A DNA stretch of 64,000 nucleotides from Gemmatimonadales bacterium (GCA_041577295.1 JBFGJG010000013.1:1-64000); one strand, 5' to 3'. Positions 41,565 through 54,224 are shown, numbered from the stretch's first letter. Numbers and translations: made by a program. Notes: generated by a model not told the origin, from the sequence alone.

Positions 41565-42188
41565 CTGCTCGAAGACCTCTTTGACCAGCTGATCTCCCTC
41601 CCAACCGGCGTTGTCTATATCGTGATCGCCGGTCTCGCGGCTCTCGAGAACGTGTTTCCGCCGATACCCGCCGATACCGTGATTGCACTCGGGGTGTTTT
41701 TGTCCCGATTTGGGCCGATATCTGCGGGGGAGATCTTTTTGATCACATGGGTGGCGAACACGGCGAGTGCTGCCGCCGTGTATCTCGCGGCACGCACCCT
41801 CGGTCGACGTTTTGTCGAAGGGCGGGTAGGTCAGCGACTGTTGCGCCCTCGCGCGCTCGCACGGATCGAGCGCATCTACGAACGCTACGGCGTGTGGGGG
41901 ATCTTTCTGAGCCGTTTCGTGCCAGGTGTTCGCGCCGTCGTGCCGCCGTTCGCCGGCCTGGCGAATCTAAGTGCCGCGCGTGCGCTCATTCCGGCGGCGC
42001 TGGCGTCGGGGATCTGGTACGGGGCCATCACGGTAGCGGTGATTCTCGTCGTCGATCGGTTGAGCGACGTGGCGAATATCCTGATCAATGTCAATCGTGT
42101 CGCTTTGATCGGCGTTGTCCTCATCGTCGTGCTCGTGGCCGTGTTTCTGGTGCTGCAGCATCGGCGCGGTGACAGTCGGTCTCCGTGA
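41565..42188 (+). CDS. DedA family membrane protein (start uncertain, CTG proposed)
   Basis: ENVFPPIPAD, SRFVPGVR; GGAGG at 41550-41554. Confidence 0.85.
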   Translation: MLEDLFDQLISLPTGVVYIVIAGLAALENVFPPIPADTVIALGVFLSRFGPISAGEIFLITWVANTASAAAVYLAARTLGRRFVEGRVGQRLLRPRALARIERIYERYGVWGIFLSRFVPGVRAVVPPFAGLANLSAARALIPAALASGIWYGAITVAVILVVDRLSDVANILINVNRVALIGVVLIVVLVAVFLVLQHRRGDSRSP

Positions 42189-42249
42189 GTGAGCCCCGCA
42201 TGTGCCGAAATGCGAGGTGGTGCGTGCCCAGCGAAAGTTCAGCGATCTC

Positions 42250-43164
42250 ATGAAGAGTCTTCATGCGGAGCTCGATCGGCAGTTCTCGGTGGAAGGCTTC
42301 GAAGATTTCCTGCGCGCCGAGGCTGGGAGCAGCGCCAACACGGTCGCGGCGTACCTCCGCGATGTTCGTCGCCTTGTCGCGTTCGTGCGATCGCGCGGCG
42401 TGCCGGACCCCAACGGGATGACTCCCACGATCCTGCGTGAGTTCATCTTTCACTTGAAGGATCTCGGTCTTGCGGCCAGCAGCATTCGTCGGCAGATCTC
42501 CGTGACCCGAACGTATTGCAAGTTCCTCGAGGGTGAGGGGTGCATCGCGCACGATCCCAGCCTTCAGCTCGAGACGCCCAAGACGTGGCGCACGCTACCG
42601 GACGTGCTGACCAAGGCCGAGGTCGAAGCGCTACTGGCGGCACCGAGCCCGGATGAAGTCCTGGCGTGGCGCGACCGGGCGCTGCTTGAGGTAGGGTACG
42701 CGACAGGAGTGCGTGTGTCGGAGCTCATCGGACTCGACACCCGTGATATCTGGTTCGATGACGCGCTGGTTCGCGTGATGGGGAAAGGATCGAAAGAGCG
42801 GTTGGTGCCCATTGGCCGGCGCGCGCTCGGTGCCGCCGCCGTCTACGCACGGGAGGTGAGGCCCTCACTGGACCGGGGACAGACGCGGAACCGTTTCTTT
42901 CTGAACGCGCGGGGCCGACCGCTCAGCAGGGTCGGAGCGTGGGGAATCATCAAGCGATGCGCGCAGCGCGCGCAGATCACAAAGCGCGTATCGCCCCACA
43001 CTCTACGCCACACGTTTGCGACGCACCTGCTCGAGGGCGGAGCCGACCTGCGCGCGGTGCAGGAGATGCTCGGGCACGCCGATCTCTCGACCACGCAGAT
43101 TTACACACATATCGATCGCGATTACCTGCGAACCGTGCACCAGACCTATCATCCCCGCGCCTGA
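42250..43164 (+). CDS. xerD: Tyrosine recombinase XerD
   Basis: NTVAAYLRD, GVRVSEL, GKGSKERLVP, PHTLRHTFATHLLEGGADLR, TQIYTH, HPRA; XerC not fully excluded. Confidence 0.88.
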   Translation: MKSLHAELDRQFSVEGFEDFLRAEAGSSANTVAAYLRDVRRLVAFVRSRGVPDPNGMTPTILREFIFHLKDLGLAASSIRRQISVTRTYCKFLEGEGCIAHDPSLQLETPKTWRTLPDVLTKAEVEALLAAPSPDEVLAWRDRALLEVGYATGVRVSELIGLDTRDIWFDDALVRVMGKGSKERLVPIGRRALGAAAVYAREVRPSLDRGQTRNRFFLNARGRPLSRVGAWGIIKRCAQRAQITKRVSPHTLRHTFATHLLEGGADLRAVQEMLGHADLSTTQIYTHIDRDYLRTVHQTYHPRA

Positions 43165-43745
43165 TGATCCTCGTTCTCGACAACTACGACTCGTTTACCT
43201 ACAACCTAGTGCAGTACCTGGGAGAGCTCGGGGCGGATCCGGTGGTGCGACGGAATGACGAGATCGGGGTGGAGGGAGTGCTTCGCCTCAACCCGAAGGG
43301 AGTGGTCATCTCTCCGGGGCCCGGGCGGCCGACGCAGGCGGGCATCAGCCTCTCGCTCATAAAGGCGTGCGTGGGGCGCTGTCCTGTGCTGGGTGTCTGC
43401 CTGGGGCACCAGGCTATCGGTGAGGCGTTTGGTGGTAGAGTCATCAGCGCGCACCGGCTGATGCACGGCAAGACCTCGGCTGTGGAACATGACGGAACCG
43501 GGATCTTCGCGTCGCGTCCGTCTCCCGTCACGGTCATGCGGTACCATTCGCTCATGATCGACCCCGACGCGCCACCGCCCAGCCTCCGGGTGACGGCGTG
43601 GACTACCGGTGACGAGGCTCGCAATTGCATCATGGGTGTCGCGCACCGATCAGAGCCTATTTTTGGCGTGCAATTTCATCCGGAATCGATCGGGACGCCG
43701 GAGGGGAGAAAAATTGTCGGCAATTTCGTTCACGCGGTGGTCTGA
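43164..43745 (+). CDS. Anthranilate/aminodeoxychorismate synthase component II (TrpG/PabA)
   Basis: DNYDSFTYNL, SPGPG, GVCLGHQ, QFHPES. Confidence 0.95.
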   Translation: MILVLDNYDSFTYNLVQYLGELGADPVVRRNDEIGVEGVLRLNPKGVVISPGPGRPTQAGISLSLIKACVGRCPVLGVCLGHQAIGEAFGGRVISAHRLMHGKTSAVEHDGTGIFASRPSPVTVMRYHSLMIDPDAPPPSLRVTAWTTGDEARNCIMGVAHRSEPIFGVQFHPESIGTPEGRKIVGNFVHAVV

Positions 43746-43838
43746 CCACCAAACCCGCTAGATGGGTTGTCCTGTAAAGAGTTATTGTGCAATGACTTAT
43801 GTTATCTCAAGGAGTACGCAACCGTAACGGCACGACTT

Positions 43839-43867
43839 TTGACAGCGGACCCCGTCCGTGTTAACTT
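43839..43867 (+). promoter_or_regulatory. Sigma70 promoter of kdsB...rpoN operon, overlapped by a sigma54-like site
   Basis: TTGACA-N17-TAACTT with TGn extension; CGGCACGACTTTTGA at 43828-43842. Confidence 0.65.
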
Positions 43868-43872
43868 CCGCC

Positions 43873-46262
<2,390 letters not shown>

Positions 46263-46263
46263 C

Positions 46264-47091
46264 ATGACCGAGTTCTGGTCGCCGGCGCCGGTGTTGGTGG
46301 CGGGCCCGTGCGTCGTCGAGGACGATGGGGTGAACCTGAAGGTTGCAGATCGCCTGGCCGAGCTCGCGGCGCAGCTCGGCCTTCGCGTCGTGTACAAGGC
46401 GAGCTTCGACAAAGCCAATCGCTCCGGGGCCGCGGCACCCCGCGGGCCCGGCTTGGAGGTGGGGTTGCGAGCGCTGGCTCGCGTCCGGGAACGCACCGGG
46501 TTGCCGGTCATAACTGATGTTCACGAAGCCTGGCAAGTAGCGCGTGTGGCCACCGAAGTGGATGCGCTGCAGATCCCCGCGTTTCTCTGCCGGCAGACCG
46601 ATTTGTTGCTTGCCGCCGGGAGGAGTGGGTTGCCCGTCAACGTGAAGAAGGGACAGTGGATGTCACCCGAGGCGATGGCTGGGGCGGTCGAGAAAGTACG
46701 GGCCGGTGGGGGTTTTGCGATAACCGTCACAGAGCGAGGCACGTTTTTCGGGTATGGTGACCTCGTCGTCGACATGCGCAGTTTCGCGCGCCTCAGGGCA
46801 GCCACGGCGGTGCCGGCGATCTTCGATGCGACCCACGCCGCCCAGCACCCTGGCCGCGGTTCCGGGGGCGCCACCGGGGGGACCAGGGAGCACGTGCCCG
46901 TGCTTCTCATGGCAGCGGCTGCCGCAGGGGCTGATGGGTTCTTCCTCGAGACGCACCCTGCGCCCGGTTTGGCGCCGAGCGACTCGGCCACCATGTGGCC
47001 ACTGGACGAGTTGCCAGAGTTGGTGGAGCGGGCGCTCGACGTCTGGCACACGGCACGCAAACCGGGAGCGACGGCATGCTCGACCCAGTAA
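46264..47091 (+). CDS. kdsA: Kdo 8-phosphate synthase
   Basis: AGPCVVE, KASFDKANRS, PAFLCRQTDL, KKGQ, DATH. Confidence 0.95.
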   Translation: MTEFWSPAPVLVAGPCVVEDDGVNLKVADRLAELAAQLGLRVVYKASFDKANRSGAAAPRGPGLEVGLRALARVRERTGLPVITDVHEAWQVARVATEVDALQIPAFLCRQTDLLLAAGRSGLPVNVKKGQWMSPEAMAGAVEKVRAGGGFAITVTERGTFFGYGDLVVDMRSFARLRAATAVPAIFDATHAAQHPGRGSGGATGGTREHVPVLLMAAAAAGADGFFLETHPAPGLAPSDSATMWPLDELPELVERALDVWHTARKPGATACSTQ

Positions 47092-47648
47092 TCGCCAAGC
47101 GAGTACAGCTCGTGGGCCTGGACGTCGAGGGCGTCCTGACCGACGGCGGGGTGTATGCCACCGTCGTGAACGGGGCGGCAGTCGAATTCCGCCGTTTCGA
47201 CCTGCGTGATGAATTAGCCATCCGGTTTTTGAGTAGTGCCGGCATCAAGGTCGTGCTCGTGTGTAGCCGCGCGAGCGAGATGGCTCGCGCGCGCGCCGGA
47301 GAGCTCGGGGTCGAAAGCGTGGTGGTCGTCAACGAAGCTAATGGCCTGACGGAGTTCGAAGACGAGCTTCACCGGCTTGGTGTCCGTTTGAAGGATTGCG
47401 CGTTCGTGGGGGATGACTTGCCAGACCTCCCGCTGATGCGGCGGGTGGGTTTGGCGGTGGCGGTAGCGAACGCGGCGCGTGAAGTGGTGACCGTTGCGGA
47501 CTATACAACGGATGCGCCGGGCGGTCGTGGAGCCGTGCGCGAGTTCGTCGAAGAGCTACTGCTCGCACGCGGGGATTGGGAGGGTGTGTTGCATGAGTAC
47601 CTGGGGGAGCGGGGCGAGCTGGTGCGACGGGGCATAGGTGCGGGTTAG
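47076..47648 (+). CDS. kdsC: KdsC-like HAD phosphatase, catalytic motifs altered
   Basis: DVEGVLTDG, GDDLPD, GGRGAVRE; between kdsA and lptC. Confidence 0.8.
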   Translation: MLDPVIAKRVQLVGLDVEGVLTDGGVYATVVNGAAVEFRRFDLRDELAIRFLSSAGIKVVLVCSRASEMARARAGELGVESVVVVNEANGLTEFEDELHRLGVRLKDCAFVGDDLPDLPLMRRVGLAVAVANAAREVVTVADYTTDAPGGRGAVREFVEELLLARGDWEGVLHEYLGERGELVRRGIGAG

Positions 47649-48192
47649 GGCAGCTGTCGGCGCCGCGGTGCTGGTGATCGGCGGCGTGGTCGCTGCGTGT
47701 GACCCCGGTGCGGGTCCGCCGACCACCGTGCTCGCCGCCGACTCGGCCGATCAGGTGTTGTTTGGCCTCGAGCTGAACCTCACCATCGACGGGGTACTGC
47801 GGGTGCGATTGCAGGCGGACACGGCGTTCTTCTACGATCCGACGCAGTCGGCGGAGCTGTACGGCGTGACCGTTGAGTTTCTCACGCCCGAGGGCCGCTT
47901 GAGCACCACGCTGACCTCGCGAGAGGGGACCTTTTATTGGCGAAGCGGTGATATGCAAGCGCGGGGAAGCGTCCTTGCGCGCACGCCTGACGGCAAGGAG
48001 CTCCGCACCGAAGTGCTGAACTACAGCCGCGGACGCCACAGGATCGATGGTCCGCAGGCCTTCGTATTCGATGCGCCGGACCGCCATTTGGAGGGAGATG
48101 GGTTTACTGCGGATCCAGAATTCGAGAACGTGGAGGCGACGGGGGCGCGGCAAGGCACCATTCGCAATGTGGAGCTACGAGGCAGGCCGTGA
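47638..48192 (+). CDS. lptC: LPS export protein LptC
   Basis: N-terminal hydrophobic segment then Cys (possible lipobox VAAC), beta-rich domain; position before lptA/lptB. Confidence 0.75.
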   Translation: MRVRAAVGAAVLVIGGVVAACDPGAGPPTTVLAADSADQVLFGLELNLTIDGVLRVRLQADTAFFYDPTQSAELYGVTVEFLTPEGRLSTTLTSREGTFYWRSGDMQARGSVLARTPDGKELRTEVLNYSRGRHRIDGPQAFVFDAPDRHLEGDGFTADPEFENVEATGARQGTIRNVELRGRP

Positions 48193-49451
48193 CGATCGTG
48201 CGCGCTGGCGTCCTCGTGATGCTTCTGGTGGCTGGCGGGGTTCATCACGCCAGTGGGCAGCAGACGGGGACGTGCCGCCCCATTCTGGATCGCGCCGGGG
48301 TGATGCGCTCCGAGGCGGGCGGGTTGCGGTCGTTCTGGAGCGGTGGCGTATGGGCACGCTGTCGTGGTCAATCGACGACGATGTTCGCGGATAGTGTGGC
48401 GTGGTACGGGGATTTGAATCGCATGGACTTCGTGGGGAGTGTGCGTTTTCGAGATTCGGTCGTGTCGCTGGATGCGGATCGGGCGAACTACTTTCCGCGC
48501 GATGAGCGCATCGAAGCCTTCGGCAGGGTGCGACTCGTGAACCAAGTGACTGGGTCGACCCTCACTGGTCCACGCCTGACGTATTGGCGGGAGGCCGTTG
48601 GGCTGCGTCCGCAGAGCGAGCTGTTCTCGAGCGGCAGACCCAACGTAGAGTATCGCATGCCCAGCGACACAGCGGCGGAGCCCTATCAGATCGTAGGCGA
48701 TCGCGTTCGGTTACGTGGTCAGCACCTCGCATGGGCTGCGGGGCAGGTGACCATCACGCGGAGCACGCTTGCGGCCAAGGGCGATAGTGCCGCACTCGAT
48801 GTCAGCGTGGGTACTGGTGCGCTCATCGGGCGTGCCGAGGCGTCGGGCGGTGGCGATACTGCGTCGTATCGAGTGGAGGGGCGTCGGATCGACTTCCGAC
48901 TCACCGGCGGCTCGCTCACGTGGGTGCAGGCGCGCGGGCTCGCGGAGGCCCAGAGCGCCGATTGGCGTGTCGTGGGTGATACCATCGAGTTTGGCCTGGC
49001 CAACGACCTCATTCAGGGCGGCTCCGCGTGGGGCGATTCTGTGCGTCCCCGCGCGATCTCGGTCAGCCAAACGATCGAAGGGGACTCGTTGGCCATCGAC
49101 TCACCGGATCAGATCTTGACCGAGGTACGGGGATACGGTCGAGCAAAGGCATCGACGATCGACTCGGTGGCGTCGCGAACCGACTGGATGGAAGGCGACA
49201 GCGTCACGGCCCGGTTCGAAGGAGCGGAGGACGGATCCCGGCACCTCGCCAGGCTCGAGGCCAATCAGAACGCGCGGGCGTTCTATCACGTCTTTGACCC
49301 GGCAAACCCCAGCAATCCACCGGCCATCAACTACTCCCGCGGACGGCGCATCACTGCGCTGTTCAAAGACGATGGGGGACTCGATCGGGTGGACGTGGTG
49401 GATGCGGCAGATGGTATCTACCTGGAGCCCGTGGCACGGAGGCAGCCGTGA
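48189..49451 (+). CDS. LptA/OstA-like periplasmic protein (long)
   Basis: Signal peptide, repeated beta motifs (ADS, GDS, GDT, GRR), position between lptC and lptB. Confidence 0.7.
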   Translation: MTIVRAGVLVMLLVAGGVHHASGQQTGTCRPILDRAGVMRSEAGGLRSFWSGGVWARCRGQSTTMFADSVAWYGDLNRMDFVGSVRFRDSVVSLDADRANYFPRDERIEAFGRVRLVNQVTGSTLTGPRLTYWREAVGLRPQSELFSSGRPNVEYRMPSDTAAEPYQIVGDRVRLRGQHLAWAAGQVTITRSTLAAKGDSAALDVSVGTGALIGRAEASGGGDTASYRVEGRRIDFRLTGGSLTWVQARGLAEAQSADWRVVGDTIEFGLANDLIQGGSAWGDSVRPRAISVSQTIEGDSLAIDSPDQILTEVRGYGRAKASTIDSVASRTDWMEGDSVTARFEGAEDGSRHLARLEANQNARAFYHVFDPANPSNPPAINYSRGRRITALFKDDGGLDRVDVVDAADGIYLEPVARRQP

Positions 49452-50626
49452 TGGACCGCCTCCATATGGCGCTCATGGGTAAAGACCCGTCGCTCGCGCT
49501 GGCAGCGGCGGCCATTCTCCGCGTGGCGGACGACGACGGTGGAACGACACTCGAGCAACTGGCCATCGCGTATCGGGAGGACCATCTCGATCTGCACCGG
49601 CTTCAGTGGGGCGACGCATCGAGTCAACGCGGTGTGCTGTCGGTGGATGAGGTGCGCCGCCATCTGGCTACGTCCGTCTTGCCACGGTTGGCGAACGAAG
49701 GCGTATTCGATCCGCTACCGACCATTCCCGAAGCGGATCATCGAGTTCAACTTCAGCGAGAGCTGTGGCATGTGCTCCACCCGAGCCGAGCGCGCGAGCG
49801 CGAGCGTCTCATCGCCATGGCGCTCGAGGCGATCCGGCAGGCCGAAGCTGGCGTCGAGGAGCCGCAGCCGACTGGCGCCACCCTCTCGGCCGTTGGACTC
49901 ACGAAGGTGTACCGGCGCCGCAAGGTCGTTGACCGCGTACACCTCGATGTGCGGCAGGGTGAGATCGTTGGACTGCTCGGCCCAAATGGCGCCGGAAAGA
50001 CTACCTCGTTCTACATGATCGTAGGATTGGTCCGACCGGACGAGGGTCGCATTTTCATCGACCGCGACGACATCTCGACGCTTCCCATGTATCGGCGTGC
50101 GCGTCGTGGAATCGGCTATTTGGCGCAGGAACCTTCAATATTTAGAAAGTTGACGGTCGAGCAGAACGTGCTGGCGATTCTGGAGACGCAGCGGCTGTCC
50201 GATACGGAGCGACGCCGGCGTCTGGAGACGCTCCTCGACGAGTTGTCGATCAAGCACCTGCGGGGCACCAAGGCCTACAAACTCTCCGGCGGCGAGCGAC
50301 GGCGCCTGGAGATTACGCGCGCACTGGTAACCGAACCCAAGTTCATGCTGCTCGACGAGCCGTTTGCGGGAGTGGATCCCATTGCGGTCCACGACATTCA
50401 GACGATCGTAGCGGGCTTGAGAAAGCGCGGCATTGGGTTGCTCGTGACAGACCACAACGTCGAGCAAACGCTCGATATCGTCGACCGCGCCTACATCATG
50501 TTTGAAGGTCAAGTTCAGGTTTCAGGAACAGTGCGTGATCTGGTGTTCGACGATCGGGTCGCGGACCGTTATCTGGGTCCGACGCTGACGTCCCGCCTGC
50601 GTGAGCGGCTTGGGGAGGCGGCATGA
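49448..50626 (+). CDS. lptB: LPS export ABC ATPase with N-terminal extension
   Basis: [51 protein letters not shown]. Confidence 0.93.
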   Translation: MMDRLHMALMGKDPSLALAAAAILRVADDDGGTTLEQLAIAYREDHLDLHRLQWGDASSQRGVLSVDEVRRHLATSVLPRLANEGVFDPLPTIPEADHRVQLQRELWHVLHPSRARERERLIAMALEAIRQAEAGVEEPQPTGATLSAVGLTKVYRRRKVVDRVHLDVRQGEIVGLLGPNGAGKTTSFYMIVGLVRPDEGRIFIDRDDISTLPMYRRARRGIGYLAQEPSIFRKLTVEQNVLAILETQRLSDTERRRRLETLLDELSIKHLRGTKAYKLSGGERRRLEITRALVTEPKFMLLDEPFAGVDPIAVHDIQTIVAGLRKRGIGLLVTDHNVEQTLDIVDRAYIMFEGQVQVSGTVRDLVFDDRVADRYLGPTLTSRLRERLGEAA

Positions 50627-52077
50627 AGACATCGTTGCAACAGCACGCGGTTATGCGCCAAGAGCTGCGCATGAATCCTCGCCTGTATCAGGCGATGGAT
50701 CTTCTGTATATGCCGGTACTTGACCTCCAACAACATCTCAAGGAAGAGTTAGAGACCAATCCGTTTCTCGAGATGGCTGAAAGCGAGGAACCCGAGCAAC
50801 AGGAGGTCAAGGAAACAGCGGAGCAGAAGGAGAAGGAACGCGAAGAAGATGAGATGAACTGGGAGGAAATCATCCTCGACGGTTTCCGGGTGGGGGGCGC
50901 GCGTGGCGGGTACGAGGAGCGGGAATTCTACGAGCCGGTTCCAGTGCAGGCTCGCGATCTCGCGGATCACTTGCGTGATCAGCTGCAGTTGCTCGACCTC
51001 ACGCCTCGGCAACTGTTTCTCGTCGAGGAGTTCATCGGCAACATTGGTGAGGACGGATACCTTCAGGCCTCGCTGGAAGAGATTGTCGAAGGGGCGAACG
51101 CGTTGCTTGTCGAGACCTTCCGTGAGCGATACGATAACGGTGAGCCGCCAGCCGGATTCACGATGGAGGAGGCGAGCGAGCTGTTGCGGATTGTGCAACG
51201 GCTGGATCCCCCGGGGATAGCGGCCCGCAACCTACGTGAATGCCTGCTGCTACAACTGGAGGAAGCAAAGCAGACGGACACCCTCACCTATCGCCTGGTG
51301 GATGAAGCGTTCGACGATCTCATTGCGCATCGTTGGAGCGAGTTGGCCAAGCGGTACGGGTTGGAGCCGATCCAGGTCCAGAACGCCGCAGACGAGCTAG
51401 CGAAGCTGGACCCGAAACCGGGATTGCAGCACCAGAGCACCGCGGATACATACGTAGTACCCGACCTGGTGGTCGACAAGATCGATGCCGATTACCGGGT
51501 GTTTCTCAACGATGGCTGGATGCCAAGACTGCGAATCAGCAAGGTGTACCAGGATATCGCGGGCGATCGAAAGAAATTCCAGGGACAGAATCGCGAATTC
51601 ATCACGGAGAAACTCAACAGCGCGACGTGGCTGATCCAGGCCATCGAGCAGCGCCGCCAGACCATGCTGAAAGTGATGAACTTCATCGTTGACCGGCAGC
51701 GCGATTTCTTCGAGAAGGGGATCGAGCACCTCAAGCCGTTGACGCTGCGCGAGGTGGCCGACGTCATCGACATGCACGAATCGACGGTGAGCCGCGTGAC
51801 GAATCAGAAGTACGTGCAAACCCCACGCGGCGTCTACCCGTTGAAGTTCTTCTTCTCGAGCAGCCTGGGCACGACCACCGGTGAGGACGCAAGCTCACGG
51901 GCGGTGAAGGCCCAGATCCAAAAGCTGGTGGGAGAGGAAGACACCTCATCTCCGCTCACCGACTCGGCCATCGTGAAAGCCCTCAAAGAACGCGGGGTGC
52001 AGATCGCCCGCCGTACCGTTGCGAAGTACCGCGACCAGCTAGGAATTTTGCCTGCCCGCATGCGCAAGCGCGTATGA
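50623..52077 (+). CDS. rpoN: RNA polymerase sigma-54 factor
   Basis: [21 protein letters not shown], RpoN box ARRTVAKYR. Confidence 0.97.
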   Translation: MKTSLQQHAVMRQELRMNPRLYQAMDLLYMPVLDLQQHLKEELETNPFLEMAESEEPEQQEVKETAEQKEKEREEDEMNWEEIILDGFRVGGARGGYEEREFYEPVPVQARDLADHLRDQLQLLDLTPRQLFLVEEFIGNIGEDGYLQASLEEIVEGANALLVETFRERYDNGEPPAGFTMEEASELLRIVQRLDPPGIAARNLRECLLLQLEEAKQTDTLTYRLVDEAFDDLIAHRWSELAKRYGLEPIQVQNAADELAKLDPKPGLQHQSTADTYVVPDLVVDKIDADYRVFLNDGWMPRLRISKVYQDIAGDRKKFQGQNREFITEKLNSATWLIQAIEQRRQTMLKVMNFIVDRQRDFFEKGIEHLKPLTLREVADVIDMHESTVSRVTNQKYVQTPRGVYPLKFFFSSSLGTTTGEDASSRAVKAQIQKLVGEEDTSSPLTDSAIVKALKERGVQIARRTVAKYRDQLGILPARMRKRV

Positions 52078-53039
52078 CCCTGGCCGGACGGGGGGCCGAC
52101 GTGGAAGTCAGCGTCCTCGTCCCCGCGAAGGATGAGGCCGAAAACCTACCTGAGTTCGTCCGCCAGTGCTCCGATGCGTTGGCCCCGCTCCCATACGCCT
52201 GCGAAGTCGTGGTTGTCGACGACGGCAGCGAAGATCACACGGCCAAGATCCTCGACGAGCTGACCGATCAGCACGCCTTCTTGCAGGTCGTTACCCACCG
52301 TTCCAGACGCGGTATCGCCGACGCCTTGAAGTCCGCCGGGGACGTCGCGCGCGGGCGTATCCTCGTGTTTTACCCGGCCGATCTGCAGTTCCTGCCCAGT
52401 GAGATCCCCGACTTGGTAGCGCCGATCCGCGAGGGTGAGGCCGATTTGGTGACGGGCACAAAGCAAGGGGTGTACGACCGCGCCTTCGTATCAGGTATCT
52501 ACAACCGTCTGTGCCGCTGGCTGTTTGGGGTGCGGGTCTCCGACCTGAATGCCGTGAAAGCCTATCGGCGGGAAGTGATCGAGGTGGTGCCAAACCGGCC
52601 GGATTGGCATCGCTATATGGTGGTGATCGCGGCTGCGGATGGCTACCGGGTGACAGAGCGGCCGGTCACCCTGCACCCGCGACGCGCGGGACGCTCCAAG
52701 TTCGGACTCGGACGGATTCCCGTCGGCGTCGTCGATCTGCTCTCCGTGTGGTTTCAGCTGCGCTTCGGTCGGAAGCCCATGCTCTTTTTCGGGGTGTCCG
52801 GAGGCATTCTCGTCGGGCTTGGGATCCTGCTCGGCGCGCTCGCCCTCGTGCTGCGGTTCGGGTTCGGTGTGGGTTTTCGCCCCCTCTTGAATCTCGTCAT
52901 GCTGTTGGTGATCTCGGGCATCGTGCTGTTTGGGATAGGCTTCATCGGTGAATTGCTCGCCGCGGCCCGCGAGGAGCTGCTGGGCCTTTCCCGATCGATT
53001 GACCAACTCCTAGCTGAACTTCGGCGTCGACGTCAGTAG
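52074..53039 (+). CDS. GT2 polyprenyl-phosphate glycosyltransferase (ArnC/GtrB-like)
   Basis: VDDGSED, ADLQ, RRAGRSK, two C-terminal TM helices. Confidence 0.88.
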   Translation: MTLAGRGADVEVSVLVPAKDEAENLPEFVRQCSDALAPLPYACEVVVVDDGSEDHTAKILDELTDQHAFLQVVTHRSRRGIADALKSAGDVARGRILVFYPADLQFLPSEIPDLVAPIREGEADLVTGTKQGVYDRAFVSGIYNRLCRWLFGVRVSDLNAVKAYRREVIEVVPNRPDWHRYMVVIAAADGYRVTERPVTLHPRRAGRSKFGLGRIPVGVVDLLSVWFQLRFGRKPMLFFGVSGGILVGLGILLGALALVLRFGFGVGFRPLLNLVMLLVISGIVLFGIGFIGELLAAAREELLGLSRSIDQLLAELRRRRQ

Positions 53040-53048
53040 CTTCCTGGC

Positions 53049-54224
53049 GTGCGCATCGTCATGGTAAGCCACGCCTACCCACGAGGGGAGGGCGACATCG
53101 CGGGCGTCTTTATCGAGCGGCTCGCGGTGGCCCTGGTCTCACGCGGTCATCACACGACCGTGATCGTGCCGTCGGATACGGGCGCGGGCGGACGTAGTCG
53201 CCGTCGCGGGGTCGAGGTGCTACGGGTGCGGTACGCCCCGGCGGCGCGCGAAACGCTCGCGCACCGTGGGACCATGCAAGACGCCACCAGCACGCTGCCT
53301 GGAAAAGTGGCGTTTGCGTCCCTCGTCAACGCACAGGCTCGGGCCGTTGCCAGGATCCGTCGCCACGGCCTCGCGCAAGTCGTGCACGCGCATTGGTGGG
53401 TGCCTGGAGGGGTCGCGACGTGGCTCGCACGCTTCACGGGCGGAGGATCCTACCTCGTAACGCTTCACGGGACCGACGTGGCGGTGCTCGAGTCGTCGCG
53501 CGGTGCTCGCATGCTCGCCCGTCGAGTACTCCGGGGTGCGCAAACGATCACCGCGGTGTCGAGCTACCTCGCGCAACGCGCGGCGAGTCTTGTCGGCGTC
53601 GATGCTGAGCGTATCGTCGTGCAACCGATGCCAGCCGACGTCGAGCATCTCAGCCGTGCCAGCCAAGGCGGGGGTGGAGTCGTGACCGTGGGCCGTTTGG
53701 TTGCACAGAAGCGGGTCGATCTCGTGCTCGATGCGGTGGCGCGCCTGCGGCGACAAGGACGCACCGTTCGGCTGACGGTGGTAGGGGATGGGCCTGAGCG
53801 GGGCAACCTCGAGGCGCGCGCACGCGAGCTGGGGATTGACAACCTGACGAAGTTTTGCGGCAGCGTGCCGCCGGCCGCCCTCGCGGAGACCATCGGGAAT
53901 GCCGACGTGATGGCCTTTCCCGCTCGGCGCGAAGGGCTGGGCCTCGCCGCGGCGGAGAGCTTCATGTTGGGGATACCGGTCGTGGCCTGCATGGATGGTG
54001 GTGGGGTGGTGGATGTGGTTCCGGCGGACGGCCCCGGCCGCGTCGTCGCGGGGGACAGCGTTACGGAATTTGCCAACGCGCTGGACGAGCTGATTCGCTC
54101 ACCCAGCGCACGGTCGCTCGCGCAGGAGCGAGGCCGCCTCCTCCGACACCGTCTGGATCCGGAATACGTCGCGCAAACGTATGAAGAGGTCTACAGTCGC
54201 ATGGTGCGGCGGAAGCGGCGGTGA
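53049..54224 (+). CDS. GT4 glycosyltransferase
   Basis: HAHW, TLHG, VGRLVAQKRV, EGLGLAAAE (Ex7E). Confidence 0.9.
   Translation: MRIVMVSHAYPRGEGDIAGVFIERLAVALVSRGHHTTVIVPSDTGAGGRSRRRGVEVLRVRYAPAARETLAHRGTMQDATSTLPGKVAFASLVNAQARAVARIRRHGLAQVVHAHWWVPGGVATWLARFTGGGSYLVTLHGTDVAVLESSRGARMLARRVLRGAQTITAVSSYLAQRAASLVGVDAERIVVQPMPADVEHLSRASQGGGGVVTVGRLVAQKRVDLVLDAVARLRRQGRTVRLTVVGDGPERGNLEARARELGIDNLTKFCGSVPPAALAETIGNADVMAFPARREGLGLAAAESFMLGIPVVACMDGGGVVDVVPADGPGRVVAGDSVTEFANALDELIRSPSARSLAQERGRLLRHRLDPEYVAQTYEEVYSRMVRRKRR

Noticed and set aside
42250..43164. Integrase of a mobile element
   Set aside because: Housekeeping XerD motifs, coupled to trpG, no att repeats or cargo.
43780..43807. Second complete dif site
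   Set aside because: Only the XerD arm matches; no ATAA-ending XerC arm at 6 or 8 bp spacing.
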